Below are positions 17,687-26,984 of a stretch of 44,247 bases of DNA, piece by piece. The stretch covers positions 1 through 44,247 of the forward strand of contig JBMNRY010000003.1 of the NCBI GenBank assembly GCA_050944915.1, in the 5' to 3' direction. This DNA is from Limnochordia bacterium. Its GTDB lineage: Bacteria > Bacillota > Limnochordia > JAAZLZ01. The position numbers and the translations under genes were made by a program. The notes beneath the pieces are model-generated. The model was not told the DNA's origin. It saw nothing but the letters and a program-made list of their open reading frames with translations, and did no database searches. Each line of letters starts with the position of its first letter. Within the stretch, counting starts at the first letter, position 1.

Positions 17687-18916
17687 TCATAGGTTAGTAT
17701 CGGCCGCTACCCCCGTTTCCCGGGGTATGGGCCGGAATTGGCCGATCTTCTCCCGGGTTTCCCGCACGAGGCGCACACCGATTTTGCCCGATTCTTCCAA
17801 CACCGTCTCCATTTCGCTGAGGATGGTGCTCATCTCCGGCAAACGGCGATCGAGGCTTTCCTTAGCCGCCCGGCGGGCCTGCTGCAAAGCTTCCCTTCTA
17901 GTGAGACGCATCTGGTTGGCCGCCAACTCTTCGTAAAGGACGTGGTGCCATTCCACGGGGAGATAGGCCAAAGGACCAGGTAAGCGTTTAACCTGTCGTT
18001 CTTCTTCAAAGTAACGAAAGGGATTCTCCTTCCCCCGGGACCACACCCAACGGTGGATATATAATTCATAGTCCTCTATTCGATTACCGGTGAGGGCGAA
18101 TTCAATCCGATTTAGCGGTAACATAACGGTTTCTTCATACCAAACCCGGGCTTCCACGATTCCTTCGGCCCGCAGGTAAGGCGGACGTCCCTCCCTTAGC
18201 AATCGATAGTAATCGGGGTGCCACCGCCCCAAGGCTCCGCTGATAAGGAGCTGACCCTCCCGCACTGTATCGCCCGGGCGGACCAGGGGGGTCCCGCTAA
18301 AGGCCATGATATTGACAATCAAACCATCTCGGGTAGCCACGATATCCCCGGGGAGGGCTAATGCTTCGTCGGAGAAGGTCTTTTCCACCACTTGCACCCG
18401 GGCCAGGGTTCCCTGAATGGTGATCCCGGCCCAAGCCACCCGGGGCAGGCGGTTAACCAGATTTCTTTCCAACCGCCCCGTTTCCAAACCGAGGCGGGAG
18501 ATGCCGGGACGCAAACCTTCTTCAGCCAATATTTCTAATATTTCTTTGTTATCCAAATATTCATTTCCTTCAATTTCAATGAACCAGACAAAGGTAGATA
18601 AATAAATAATTAGCCCGCAACAGGCAAGACCACCGAGAATTAATCCCGCTCTGCTCCCCAGTCGAGCTAATAGAAAGGGCAGACCCCCCCGCTCCATGAT
18701 TTCCACCCGGACGCCGGCCTGGCGACAACTGCTTCGAACCCGGCGAAAATGGGCAACGGTAGTTTTGGCCACCAAAAAGTCGGGGCGGAGTTTCTCCACA
18801 TCCCAGAACTGCAATCCCCTTCGGGATGCTGCATTCAGAAATTTTTCGGGGTGTTTGCCTTGTATTTTGATTATAACATAGCCGAAAGCATTAAGCCATA
18901 AATCCCGTAATGCCAT
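17687..18916 (-). CDS. yqfD: Sporulation protein YqfD (stage IV)
   Basis: GYV.IKIQG..PEKFLN, GLPF, VWFIEIEGN, DIVA.RDG and VRPGDTVREGQLLISG motifs. Follows yqfC and precedes phoH. Confidence 0.9.
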   Translation of the reverse strand: MALRDLWLNAFGYVIIKIQGKHPEKFLNAASRRGLQFWDVEKLRPDFLVAKTTVAHFRRVRSSCRQAGVRVEIMERGGLPFLLARLGSRAGLILGGLACCGLIIYLSTFVWFIEIEGNEYLDNKEILEILAEEGLRPGISRLGLETGRLERNLVNRLPRVAWAGITIQGTLARVQVVEKTFSDEALALPGDIVATRDGLIVNIMAFSGTPLVRPGDTVREGQLLISGALGRWHPDYYRLLREGRPPYLRAEGIVEARVWYEETVMLPLNRIEFALTGNRIEDYELYIHRWVWSRGKENPFRYFEEERQVKRLPGPLAYLPVEWHHVLYEELAANQMRLTRREALQQARRAAKESLDRRLPEMSTILSEMETVLEESGKIGVRLVRETREKIGQFRPIPRETGVAADTNL

Positions 18917-18935
18917 CTAATTTTCCCCCTTCCCG

Positions 18936-19214
18936 TCACTGAAAATAGATGGCATTAATCCGACCATCGATGATGATTTCCTCCCGATAAAGGGTTGTTA
19001 AGGTCAATCCTTCGCCGCAGATGACCATCTGGCCCTCGTGGAATGCGATCCGGATTTCCTCCGGACTATATTCCACGATCCCTTTATGGTTCTCCACCGC
19101 CAATTGGAGGTCTCCCATGATGGTCGTCCGGGGCAAATCTAAGGCCACATCTTTCGGCAGCTCCAGCGCTTCCGTTAACCGAAATAAAAGGCCCCTTTTC
19201 CTGGCAGCTGTCAT
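18936..19214 (-). CDS. yqfC: Sporulation protein YqfC (YabP family)
   Basis: LELPKDVALDLPR..G..VENHKGIVEY motif. Confidence 0.92.
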   Translation of the reverse strand: MTAARKRGLLFRLTEALELPKDVALDLPRTTIMGDLQLAVENHKGIVEYSPEEIRIAFHEGQMVICGEGLTLTTLYREEIIIDGRINAIYFQ

Positions 19215-19253
19215 CCCCCGCTCAACTCCCTCGATTTACCCTGGTTCTACATA

Positions 19254-19283
19254 AGCCTATGCGGGAACTAGGGGGGACATTAC
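19254..19283 (-). promoter_or_regulatory. Possible SigE-like promoter for yqfC-yqfD
   Basis: -10 element CATAGGCT with a weak upstream GTAATG. yqfCD is SigE-dependent in B. subtilis. Confidence 0.4.
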
Positions 19284-19342
19284 TCCTGAAAGGAGCCGAG
19301 TCAAGACCCTGGCAGGAGGCCTTTCGTCTCCCTTTTAAAGGG

Positions 19343-19375
19343 AAAAATACCCCCTGTCCGAAAGGGACAGAGGGC
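19343..19375 (-). terminator. Intrinsic terminator after nfeD-floA-orf operon
   Basis: Minus strand CCCTCTGTCC-CTTTC-GGACAGGGGG-TATTTTT. Confidence 0.8.
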
Positions 19376-19382
19376 TATAGAG

Positions 19383-19751
19383 TTACAAATCACCAAACCG
19401 GATAGGTCTTTGGGCCCGGGGCCTTTGCAAAACCTGGGCCATGATGAACCCCTGTAAAAGGGGGTTACGGCTCCAACGCACCCTCGAAACGGGCCTCTCC
19501 TCCATCGGCAGCGAGAAATCATCCTCTTTCAAATCTTCAGCTTGAAATTCTTCGTCCCACCGGCTGTCATCGAGGGTCTCCACCTGCAACCGGGGAATGG
19601 CCGGTCTTTCCTCGGCCTCCGGCACCCATTCCGGCAGACCTGCCTCAGGAGGTTGGTCAGGAGGAACCGGTCTGCCCTGGAGGCCTTTTAGAACCGCCGA
19701 CAGGACGGCCATAACCACATAGGTGATAAATAGCGCCCAAAGGGAACCCAT
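19383..19751 (-). CDS. Hypothetical membrane-anchored protein (YqfB positional equivalent)
   Basis: N-terminal TM segment, acidic/proline-rich linker and C-terminal 'LLQGFIMAQVLQRPRA' motif. Third gene of the nfeD-floA operon; GGGTGGTGAG RBS-like sequence upstream. Confidence 0.7.
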   Translation of the reverse strand: MGSLWALFITYVVMAVLSAVLKGLQGRPVPPDQPPEAGLPEWVPEAEERPAIPRLQVETLDDSRWDEEFQAEDLKEDDFSLPMEERPVSRVRWSRNPLLQGFIMAQVLQRPRAQRPIRFGDL

Positions 19752-19763
19752 CTGCTCACCACC

Positions 19764-20762
19764 CTACTTTTTCCTTTCTTCCGGGCCCTCCTGTCCCTCC
19801 GTCTGACTCAAACCGGCGATGGAGCGCCGCATTTCTGTATCGGCGATTACATTCCGCATGTTGTAGTAATCGAGGACACCGAGATTTCCTTGACGGAGGG
19901 CTTCAGCCAAGGCCTTGGGCACTTCCGCTTCCGCTTCCACAACCCGGGCCCGCATTTCTTCCACATAGGCCCGCATTTCCTGTTCCCGGGCCATGGCAGC
20001 AAAGCGCCGTTCGGAAGCTTTCGCTTGGGCGATGTTCTTATCGGCTTCCGCTTGGTCGGTCTGAAGTTGAGCCCCGATATTCCTACCCACATCGACGTCC
20101 GCGATATCGATGGAGAGGATCTCAAAGGCCGTCCCTGCATCTAACCCCCTATTTAACACCAAGTTGGAAATGGTATCGGGGTTTTCTAAGACTTCCTTAT
20201 GGGATTCCGCGGAACCGACGGAAGAGACAACACCTTCCCCTACCCGGGCGATGATGGTCGGTTCACCGGCACCACCAACTAAGCGGTCGATATTGGCCCG
20301 CACCGTCACCCGAGCCTTGGTTTTCAATTCGATACCATCCTTAGCCACTGCAGAGATCAGGGGCGTTTCAATGACCTTTGGGTTGACACTCATCTGGACG
20401 GCTTCTAGGACATCCCGGCCCGCCAAATCAATGGCCGCCGCCCGCTCGAAGGTCAAGGCAATTTCAGCCCGATGGGCAGCGATCAAAGCATCGATTACCC
20501 GGTCCACGTTCCCTCCCGCGAGATAATGGGCTTCCAGCTTATCGATAGCTACCGGCAAGCCGGCTTTCATACCTTTGATCAAGGGCATGATGATCTGGGC
20601 TGGGGGCACTCGGCGCAACCGCATCCCCACGAGGGTGATGATACTGACCTTCACCCCCGCAGCCAAGGCCGAAATCCACAACCCCACGGGGATGATATTC
20701 AACAAGAAACCGACCGCAATAAGGATTAACAAAAAGGGAAAGAACAGGATCACCAATTCCAT
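19764..20762 (-). CDS. floA: Flotillin-like protein FloA (YqfA, UPF0365)
   Basis: [51 protein letters not shown] and [13 protein letters not shown] motifs. Confidence 0.96.
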   Translation of the reverse strand: MELVILFFPFLLILIAVGFLLNIIPVGLWISALAAGVKVSIITLVGMRLRRVPPAQIIMPLIKGMKAGLPVAIDKLEAHYLAGGNVDRVIDALIAAHRAEIALTFERAAAIDLAGRDVLEAVQMSVNPKVIETPLISAVAKDGIELKTKARVTVRANIDRLVGGAGEPTIIARVGEGVVSSVGSAESHKEVLENPDTISNLVLNRGLDAGTAFEILSIDIADVDVGRNIGAQLQTDQAEADKNIAQAKASERRFAAMAREQEMRAYVEEMRARVVEAEAEVPKALAEALRQGNLGVLDYYNMRNVIADTEMRRSIAGLSQTEGQEGPEERKK

Positions 20763-20773
20763 GTCATCGCCTC

Positions 20774-22069
20774 CTATTGATCTTCCTTGACCTTGACTAT
20801 GATCTTACTTCCCTCCACCCTGATGACTACTATCGGCGACTGGGCAGGAATGTAGCGTCCTTCCGAAAGGGCATCTAATCTTTCTCCCTCGATCTCGATA
20901 ACCCCTGAAGGACGTAAAGGAGTTAGGGTTTGACCCTCCTTCCCGGCGTAATGGGCCATGGACGGCGGTGCTACATAACCTTCTTCCTTGGTGGCACTGG
21001 TGCTCAATACCAATCGGTCCCACGCACCGATGCGACCGGCGTAGCGAATAAGTAAATAGCCGAAGAAAATAGTGCTGACCAAAGTCACCGCCATCACCCC
21101 TAAGGCTGCCTGGGGAGTGGGGAAACTGCTGTAAATGCTGTAGAAAATGGCCACTAGACCCCCGATCCCCACGAAGCCAAAACCAGGGATCAAAAAGATT
21201 TCAACCAGCAGCAGGACTAAACCGACGATGAAAAGGAAGATGGAACCTACACCCGCTAGACCCACTAGATAACGGCCCCCGAAAAAAACACTTAAGGCGG
21301 TGATGCCTACGGTCCCCGGGATCCCCCAACCGGGGGTGGTCACCTCGGCGATCAACCCTAAAAAGCCGATGGTTAACAGCAAGGAGCTCACGGTGGGGGT
21401 GGTGAAGAAACGGGCCATCCGTTCCGCCCAATTGGGCTCCATCTCGATGATCTCCGCCCCTGTAAGGCCCAATTCGGCCAAGACTTCTTGGCGGCTGGTG
21501 AGGATCAGATCGGCAAATCCCCTCCGGGCCGCTTCCTGGGCCGATAGGGTTAGGATTTTGTCCTGGGCCACTAAACCTTCAATCACCAGATCCCGATCGA
21601 CCATCGCTGCAGCGATTAACGGATCCCGCTGATTTCTTTCGGCCATGCTCTCGAATTCAGCCCGCAGCGCGGAAACGGTTTTTTCTTCCGCCGGTCGAGG
21701 TTCCGCGGCCCCGATGGAAGAGCCGGGGCTCATGATTAGGGTATCGGTCGCGATGGCGATTAAAGCCCCCGCCGACCAGGCCCGTCCCCGCACATGGGCG
21801 ATGATAGGGATGGGAAATTCGATGATCATATCGGCGATCTCCGTAGCCGCGTCCACCCGTCCCCCAAAGGTATCAATCTCCATGATCACCGCCTGGACGC
21901 CTTCCCTTTGGGCTGTTCTCAATGAACGCTGGACAAACTCAGCCAAACCCGTTTCAATATCACCTCGGATGGGGATGACTAAGACCCGTTCGGAACCGGC
22001 GGCCTGCCCAACTAGGGCGGAGATCAACAGCAAGGAGAGCAGGATTATCTTCAACCAATGTCCGCGCAT
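20774..22069 (-). CDS. nfeD: Long NfeD membrane-bound serine protease (YqeZ/NfeD1b)
   Basis: ClpP-like domain (IDTFGG, AWSAGA, SIGAA), TM block and C-terminal OB fold (TPLRPSG). Start 22069 fits the GGAGG spacing (alternative 22075). Confidence 0.9.
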   Translation of the reverse strand: MRGHWLKIILLSLLLISALVGQAAGSERVLVIPIRGDIETGLAEFVQRSLRTAQREGVQAVIMEIDTFGGRVDAATEIADMIIEFPIPIIAHVRGRAWSAGALIAIATDTLIMSPGSSIGAAEPRPAEEKTVSALRAEFESMAERNQRDPLIAAAMVDRDLVIEGLVAQDKILTLSAQEAARRGFADLILTSRQEVLAELGLTGAEIIEMEPNWAERMARFFTTPTVSSLLLTIGFLGLIAEVTTPGWGIPGTVGITALSVFFGGRYLVGLAGVGSIFLFIVGLVLLLVEIFLIPGFGFVGIGGLVAIFYSIYSSFPTPQAALGVMAVTLVSTIFFGYLLIRYAGRIGAWDRLVLSTSATKEEGYVAPPSMAHYAGKEGQTLTPLRPSGVIEIEGERLDALSEGRYIPAQSPIVVIRVEGSKIIVKVKEDQ

Positions 22070-22158
22070 AGACATACCTCCTGACCCCTAATTCTCCCTC
22101 TAGATTGAAATCCCTTGCCTTAGCTTACAGCACTTTCCACCCAAACATGTATTTAGAT

Positions 22159-22190
22159 AAAGAAAACCCGGTACCTGTCGATACCGGGGT
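22159..22190 (-). terminator. Intrinsic terminator after rpsU
   Basis: Minus strand CCCGGTA-TCGACAGG-TACCGGG-TTTTCTTT. Confidence 0.8.
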
Positions 22191-22196
22191 CCATGC

Positions 22197-22373
22197 TTAT
22201 CTATAGCGCCTTTTGCGCGCGGCTTCCGATTTCTTTTTCCGCCTTACACTAGGTTTCTCGTAATGCTCATGTCGGCGAGCATCCCTCAACACACCGCTCC
22301 GCTGGCATGAACGCTTAAAACGTCGCAGTGCTCTATCTAAAGGCTCATTTTTGCCAACCCTTACCTCCGCCAA
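22197..22373 (-). CDS. rpsU: 30S ribosomal protein S21
   Basis: Below the ORF-track size cut-off. Manual translation from TTG gives [58 protein letters not shown] (58 aa). GGGAGG RBS. Confidence 0.97.
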   Translation of the reverse strand: MAEVRVGKNEPLDRALRRFKRSCQRSGVLRDARRHEHYEKPSVRRKKKSEAARKRRYR

Positions 22374-22467
22374 CCGTCTTCCCTCCCCCCTAGGACACTA
22401 AACGGGGAAATCTTCACATTTCCGGGGGCGGGCCCACGAAAATGCCCCTTTCATTAGCACACGTCCA

Positions 22468-22497
22468 ATTATACACCGGTTCTTTCCCCGCTGTCAA
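22468..22497 (-). promoter_or_regulatory. sigmaA promoter of rpsU
   Basis: Perfect TTGACA (22497-22492) and TATAAT (22473-22468), 18-nt spacer. Confidence 0.85.
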
Positions 22498-22504
22498 ACC
22501 CTCA

Positions 22505-22849
22505 TCAGCCCGGAGGCCAAGTCAATTTTCGACCACCGAGCAAATGGAAGTGCAGGTGAAAGACCGTTTGACCTGCCCCTTCATTACAATTGACGACCAA
22601 CCGGAATCCCTCTTCTGAAACACCCTCCCGCGCGGCTAGTTCTTTGGCCACCAGGTGGAGATGTCCAATTACATCCCGATCCTCCTCACCAAGGGCCGCC
22701 AAACTGGGGATGTGCTTTTTGGGGATGAGTAAAAGGTGCACCGGTGCTTGGGGATTAATATCCCGAAAGGCTAGTACTAGATCATCTTCGTAAAGGATTT
22801 CCGTATCTAATTCCCGATTGACGAATTTACAAAAGAGACAATCAGCCAT
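22505..22849 (-). CDS. Histidine triad (HIT) nucleotide-binding protein
   Basis: DCLFC, AFRDINPQAPVH, GQTVFHLHFHLLGGR and WPPG C-terminus. Start ATG 22849. Confidence 0.95.
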   Translation of the reverse strand: MADCLFCKFVNRELDTEILYEDDLVLAFRDINPQAPVHLLLIPKKHIPSLAALGEEDRDVIGHLHLVAKELAAREGVSEEGFRLVVNCNEGAGQTVFHLHFHLLGGRKLTWPPG

Positions 22850-22896
22850 GACTGGCACCTCCCCTCATTGGTCTTTGGGGCCTGAACACAAATCCT

Positions 22897-22925
22897 ATCT
22901 TCGACGTGTCGGGGTTGAATCCTGC
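22897..22925 (-). promoter_or_regulatory. SigH-like promoter upstream of HIT gene
   Basis: GCAGGA-17 nt-GAAGAT (GCAGGATTCAACCCCGACACGTCGAAGAT). Confidence 0.45.
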
Positions 22926-22929
22926 CACA

Positions 22930-24222
22930 TTAGACTAGTTTCCCAACCACATACTCCCTATGGGCTTCAGCGATCTCGACCAGCACCATTTGTCCGATCA
23001 ATTCTTGGCTTCCAGGCAGGAGGACCCGCACATATTGGTCGGTTAAACCTTCGTAGCCCTGCCCCTGGACCCCTTCCACAATCACCTGCTGCTTGGTGCC
23101 TACCAAACTGCGATGGAAGGCATGTTGGAGCTCTTTGCCCAAGGCGATCAACCGCCGACTTCGCTCCTCTTTGACGGCCTTGGGCAGCTGCCCTTGGAGC
23201 TTGGCCGCGGGGGTGCCGGCCCGGGGGGAATAGGTAAAAACGTGAAGACGGCTGAATCCCACCTCTTCCACCAACTGGATAGTCTCTTGAAAGTCCCCTT
23301 CCCCTTCCCCAGGGAAGCCGACAATAATATCGGTGGTCACCGCTAGGCGGGGGATGGCCCCTTTAGCCTCAGCGATAATGTCCAGATATTCTTCCCTGGT
23401 ATACCGCCGTCCCATAGCCTTTAAGATCCGATTACTACCGCTTTGCAGGGGTATGTGGAGATGGGGACAAATATTGTGGGAATCGGCTATGACGGCCAAC
23501 AATTGGGGGGTAACTTCCTGGGGATCGACGGAGCTGATCCGCAATCGATCCAGCCCCGGGATGGAAGCTAAATCCTTTAACAGCCTGGCCAAGTCCCAAC
23601 GGCCATCTAAATCACGACCATAACCTCCCAAATGGACCCCGGTGAGGACGATCTCCCGGTAGCCCCCGTCCACCAGGGTCTCCACTTCCCTGAAAACTGA
23701 AGCAGGCGAGCGGCTGCGGCTGGGGCCCCGGGCCAACCGCACTTTGCAATAGGTACAATAGTTATCACAACCATCTTGCACCTTCAAAAAAGCCCTGGTC
23801 CGTTCCCGTTGGGTACCAAAGGGCAATTCTTCAAAGACAGAATCCTTCAAGGAAAGGATAAGTTCTTGTCTTTGACCCTCCATGGCTTCTTCCACCAAAT
23901 CGACGATCCGATCCCGTCCGGCAACGCCCACCAGGACATCGACCTCGGGGATTTGGCGCACCTCTTCGGTTTCTTCCTGGACATAACACCCCATAGCCGC
24001 CACAATACCTTGGGGGTTGTCCCGCTTAAAACGGCGGATAGCCTGCCGGGATTTCCGATCGCTGGCCGAAGTGACGGTACATGTGTTGAGGATGTAAATA
24101 TCGGCCTCTTCCCTGGTGGAGACGATCTCATAGCCCCGCTGCCGGAACAACTGGGCCACCGCCTCGGTTTCGTACTGATTCACTTTACAACCGATGGTCT
24201 CTAAGACTACCTTCTTAGCCAC
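22930..24222 (-). CDS. mtaB: tRNA t6A37 methylthiotransferase MtaB
   Basis: TIGCKVNQYE, NTCTVT, radical SAM CDNYCTYC, DIIVGFPGE and C-terminal TRAM domain. Follows rsmE. Start 24222 or 24231. Confidence 0.93.
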   Translation of the reverse strand: MAKKVVLETIGCKVNQYETEAVAQLFRQRGYEIVSTREEADIYILNTCTVTSASDRKSRQAIRRFKRDNPQGIVAAMGCYVQEETEEVRQIPEVDVLVGVAGRDRIVDLVEEAMEGQRQELILSLKDSVFEELPFGTQRERTRAFLKVQDGCDNYCTYCKVRLARGPSRSRSPASVFREVETLVDGGYREIVLTGVHLGGYGRDLDGRWDLARLLKDLASIPGLDRLRISSVDPQEVTPQLLAVIADSHNICPHLHIPLQSGSNRILKAMGRRYTREEYLDIIAEAKGAIPRLAVTTDIIVGFPGEGEGDFQETIQLVEEVGFSRLHVFTYSPRAGTPAAKLQGQLPKAVKEERSRRLIALGKELQHAFHRSLVGTKQQVIVEGVQGQGYEGLTDQYVRVLLPGSQELIGQMVLVEIAEAHREYVVGKLV

Positions 24223-24985
24223 TGCCCTCACCTGCCTTCCGGGGCGGCCCCCCTAAATCACCCCATTGGTACAAAACCATGGTGATCACCGCCATCCCCG
24301 CGGTCTCGGTGCGGAGAATGCGGGGTCCCAAAGATACGGACAATAATCCCTTTTCCTGGGCTAGGGCCGCCTCCTCAGGATCAAAACCACCTTCAGGGCC
24401 GATCAAAATATTAACCTCCGGGGGTGGATCGACTCCTTGGAGGACATCCTTTAAGCTCCGACCTTCTTCCCCTTCATAGGCCAGCAAACCTAAGGCATCG
24501 GGCTTTTTGCTGTCCAACAAGGCCGGTAAAGAGCTTACTTCTTCCACCTGCAGGGGTATGGGCCGACCCGATTGTTTCGATGCCTCATCGGCGATCCGCT
24601 GCCACCGGGCAACTTTCTGCTGGGCCTTTTGACCCTCGAGGCGGACGATGGAACGCCGACAAGAAAAGGGGGTCAAGGTAGTCGCCCCCAACTCTGCGGC
24701 CTTCTGGACGATGAAATCCATCTTCTGACCTTTAGCCAGCCCCTGCCATAAATGGACTTGTAAGGGCGGTCCTTCCACCTCTTGGCGGCTCAGGAGATCT
24801 ATGTAAACCATTTGATTATCGATTTCCCTGATCTTTCCCTGGCAAACGGTACCTTGGCCATCATAAAGCTGAACCAGGTCCCCAGGGCCTAAACGCAAGA
24901 CATTGATCAGGTGGTGGGCTTCGGGGCCCTTAATGATCCCTTGCTCATCGGTAAGATCCTCCCCGGCCACGATAAAGCGATGCAT
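24215..24985 (-). CDS. rsmE: 16S rRNA m3U1498 methyltransferase
   Basis: MHRF start, HHLINVLRL, QKAAELG, EASKQSGR, IGPEGGF and LGPRILRTETA motifs. Confidence 0.96.
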   Translation of the reverse strand: MHRFIVAGEDLTDEQGIIKGPEAHHLINVLRLGPGDLVQLYDGQGTVCQGKIREIDNQMVYIDLLSRQEVEGPPLQVHLWQGLAKGQKMDFIVQKAAELGATTLTPFSCRRSIVRLEGQKAQQKVARWQRIADEASKQSGRPIPLQVEEVSSLPALLDSKKPDALGLLAYEGEEGRSLKDVLQGVDPPPEVNILIGPEGGFDPEEAALAQEKGLLSVSLGPRILRTETAGMAVITMVLYQWGDLGGPPRKAGEGSG

Positions 24986-24986
24986 A

Positions 24987-25814
24987 TTAACACCTACCCA
25001 AGGTAAAGCTGACCCATTCACCGATGGTCTGTTCCCGGAGGATCTGAAATCCTGCCCCTTGGAGGGCTGCCTTGGTCTTGTCCCCCTTGACCACATTGAT
25101 CCCCGCCGTGATCAAGGATCCCCCTTCCTTTAACTGTTCCTTCACCGCCGGGGCCAACTCGATGATGACATGGGGTAAGATGTTCATGAGGATAATATCG
25201 GCTGGATCCGCCGGCAGCTCTTCGATACTGCCGTGGGCCACGGTGACCACATCTTCTAATCCATTCAAAGCGATATTCCGCCGACAGACATCTACTGCTA
25301 AAGGATCGTTATCAACGGCAAAAACCCGGGCCGCACCTAGACGGGCGGCGGCCAAGGCCAAAATACCGGAACCACATCCCACATCGTAGACGACCATCCC
25401 GGGATTCACCAGCCTGTCCAATTCCAAGAGACAAGCAAAGGTGGTGGGATGATCGCCGGTACCAAAGGCCATGCCGGGGTCAAGATAGACAACTTGACGC
25501 CCGGCATCTGCTTCTTCCCAAGAAGGGCAAATCAGCAACCGCTCTCCCACCGGGAGGGGTTTATAATATTTTTTCCAACCATGGGCCCAATCTTCCTCGG
25601 TGACCCTTTCTTTCTGACAGCTAATGGGGCCGGCCCAGTCCTCGACGATCCTTAGTCCTTCTTCGATCTCAAGGCAGTCCCGTCCGGCGGGGAAATAACC
25701 GATGACACCGGTAGGGGTGACTTCTACCCCTGGGCTGCCGGCTTCGATGAGGATATGGCTGACGGCTTCCCGACCGGCTGGGTCTACTTGGATGTGGATC
25801 TTTGTCCATTCCAT
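24987..25814 (-). CDS. prmA: Ribosomal protein L11 methyltransferase
   Basis: EEDWAHGWKKYY, LDPGMAFGTGDHPTT and DVGCGSGILA motifs. Start ATG 25814. Confidence 0.95.
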   Translation of the reverse strand: MEWTKIHIQVDPAGREAVSHILIEAGSPGVEVTPTGVIGYFPAGRDCLEIEEGLRIVEDWAGPISCQKERVTEEDWAHGWKKYYKPLPVGERLLICPSWEEADAGRQVVYLDPGMAFGTGDHPTTFACLLELDRLVNPGMVVYDVGCGSGILALAAARLGAARVFAVDNDPLAVDVCRRNIALNGLEDVVTVAHGSIEELPADPADIILMNILPHVIIELAPAVKEQLKEGGSLITAGINVVKGDKTKAALQGAGFQILREQTIGEWVSFTLGRC

Positions 25815-25830
25815 GGGACGAACCCCCTTT

Positions 25831-26964
25831 TTATTGGGCACTGCGGCCACCGAAGGCATCTTTCACCCGTTCAAAAAAGCCTTTCTCTGAGGTCGGCGTT
25901 TCCTCTTCCACTCCGGCGAATTCCCGCAGCAATTCCTTTTGTCTTGGGGTCAGCTTGGTCGGTGTGACCACCTTGACCCGGACATGTTCATCACCCCGCC
26001 CAAAACGATGGGGGATCCCTTGGCCCCGGAGGCGGAATGTGGTCCCCGTCTGGGTTCCCGGGGGAATCCGCAGTTTTACCTGCCCCTCTAAGGTAGGCGC
26101 TTCAATTTCATCCCCCAGGGCCGCCTGGACGAAGGTGATGGGGACTTCGCAGAAGACATCATTACCTTGGCGCTGGAAGATCTCATGGGGTCGGACGGAA
26201 ACAAAAATGTATAAGTCCCCGGGAGGCCCGCCGTTGACACCTGCTTCCCCTTCACCGGCCACCCGCACCCGATACCCGTCATCGACCCCGGCGGGGATTT
26301 TTACTTTAATGGTCCGCTGGCGTTGGACGCGACCGGCTCCCTGACATTCACTACAGGGGGTTTCGGCCCATTTACCTTCTCCTCGGCAGCGGCCACAGGT
26401 AGTCACATTAACAAAACGGCCGAAGGCCGTCGTCTGGACTTGTCGTACCTGACCGGTACCATTACAATCGGGACAAGTGCGGATGGGTGTGCCCGGCTCC
26501 GCGCCATTGCCGTGGCAGTGGGGACATGTTTCCAAACGGGGAATGCTGATTTCCTTCTCGGTGCCAAAGGCCGCATCGAGGAAATCTAGTTCTAAATCAT
26601 AGCGTAAGTCGGCCCCCCGCTGGGGTCCCCTCCGGGGGCGGCTACTTCGCCCCATAAAGTCGCCGAAGAAGGTTTCGAAGATATCTTCAAAACCACCGAA
26701 ACCGCCGAAATCACCAAATCCCCCTTGACCATTAGCACCCTCAAAGGCTCCATGGCCAAATTGGTCATAGCGTTGGCGCAACTCCGGCGTGCTTAAGACC
26801 CGATAAGCTTCGTTGATCTCCTTAAATTTCTCTTCGGCATCTGGATCATCTTTATTGACATCGGGATGGTACCGGCGGGCCAGCCGGCGATAAGCCTTTT
26901 TGATCTCCGCCTCGCTGGCCCCCCGCTCGACTCCCAAGATTTCATAATAATCCCGTTTTGCCAT
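25831..26964 (-). CDS. dnaJ: Chaperone DnaJ
   Basis: J-domain with HPD, G/F-rich region and four CxxCxGxG repeats. Confidence 0.98.
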   Translation of the reverse strand: MAKRDYYEILGVERGASEAEIKKAYRRLARRYHPDVNKDDPDAEEKFKEINEAYRVLSTPELRQRYDQFGHGAFEGANGQGGFGDFGGFGGFEDIFETFFGDFMGRSSRPRRGPQRGADLRYDLELDFLDAAFGTEKEISIPRLETCPHCHGNGAEPGTPIRTCPDCNGTGQVRQVQTTAFGRFVNVTTCGRCRGEGKWAETPCSECQGAGRVQRQRTIKVKIPAGVDDGYRVRVAGEGEAGVNGGPPGDLYIFVSVRPHEIFQRQGNDVFCEVPITFVQAALGDEIEAPTLEGQVKLRIPPGTQTGTTFRLRGQGIPHRFGRGDEHVRVKVVTPTKLTPRQKELLREFAGVEEETPTSEKGFFERVKDAFGGRSAQ

Positions 26965-26984
26965 TCCCACACCGCCCTAAGGGA

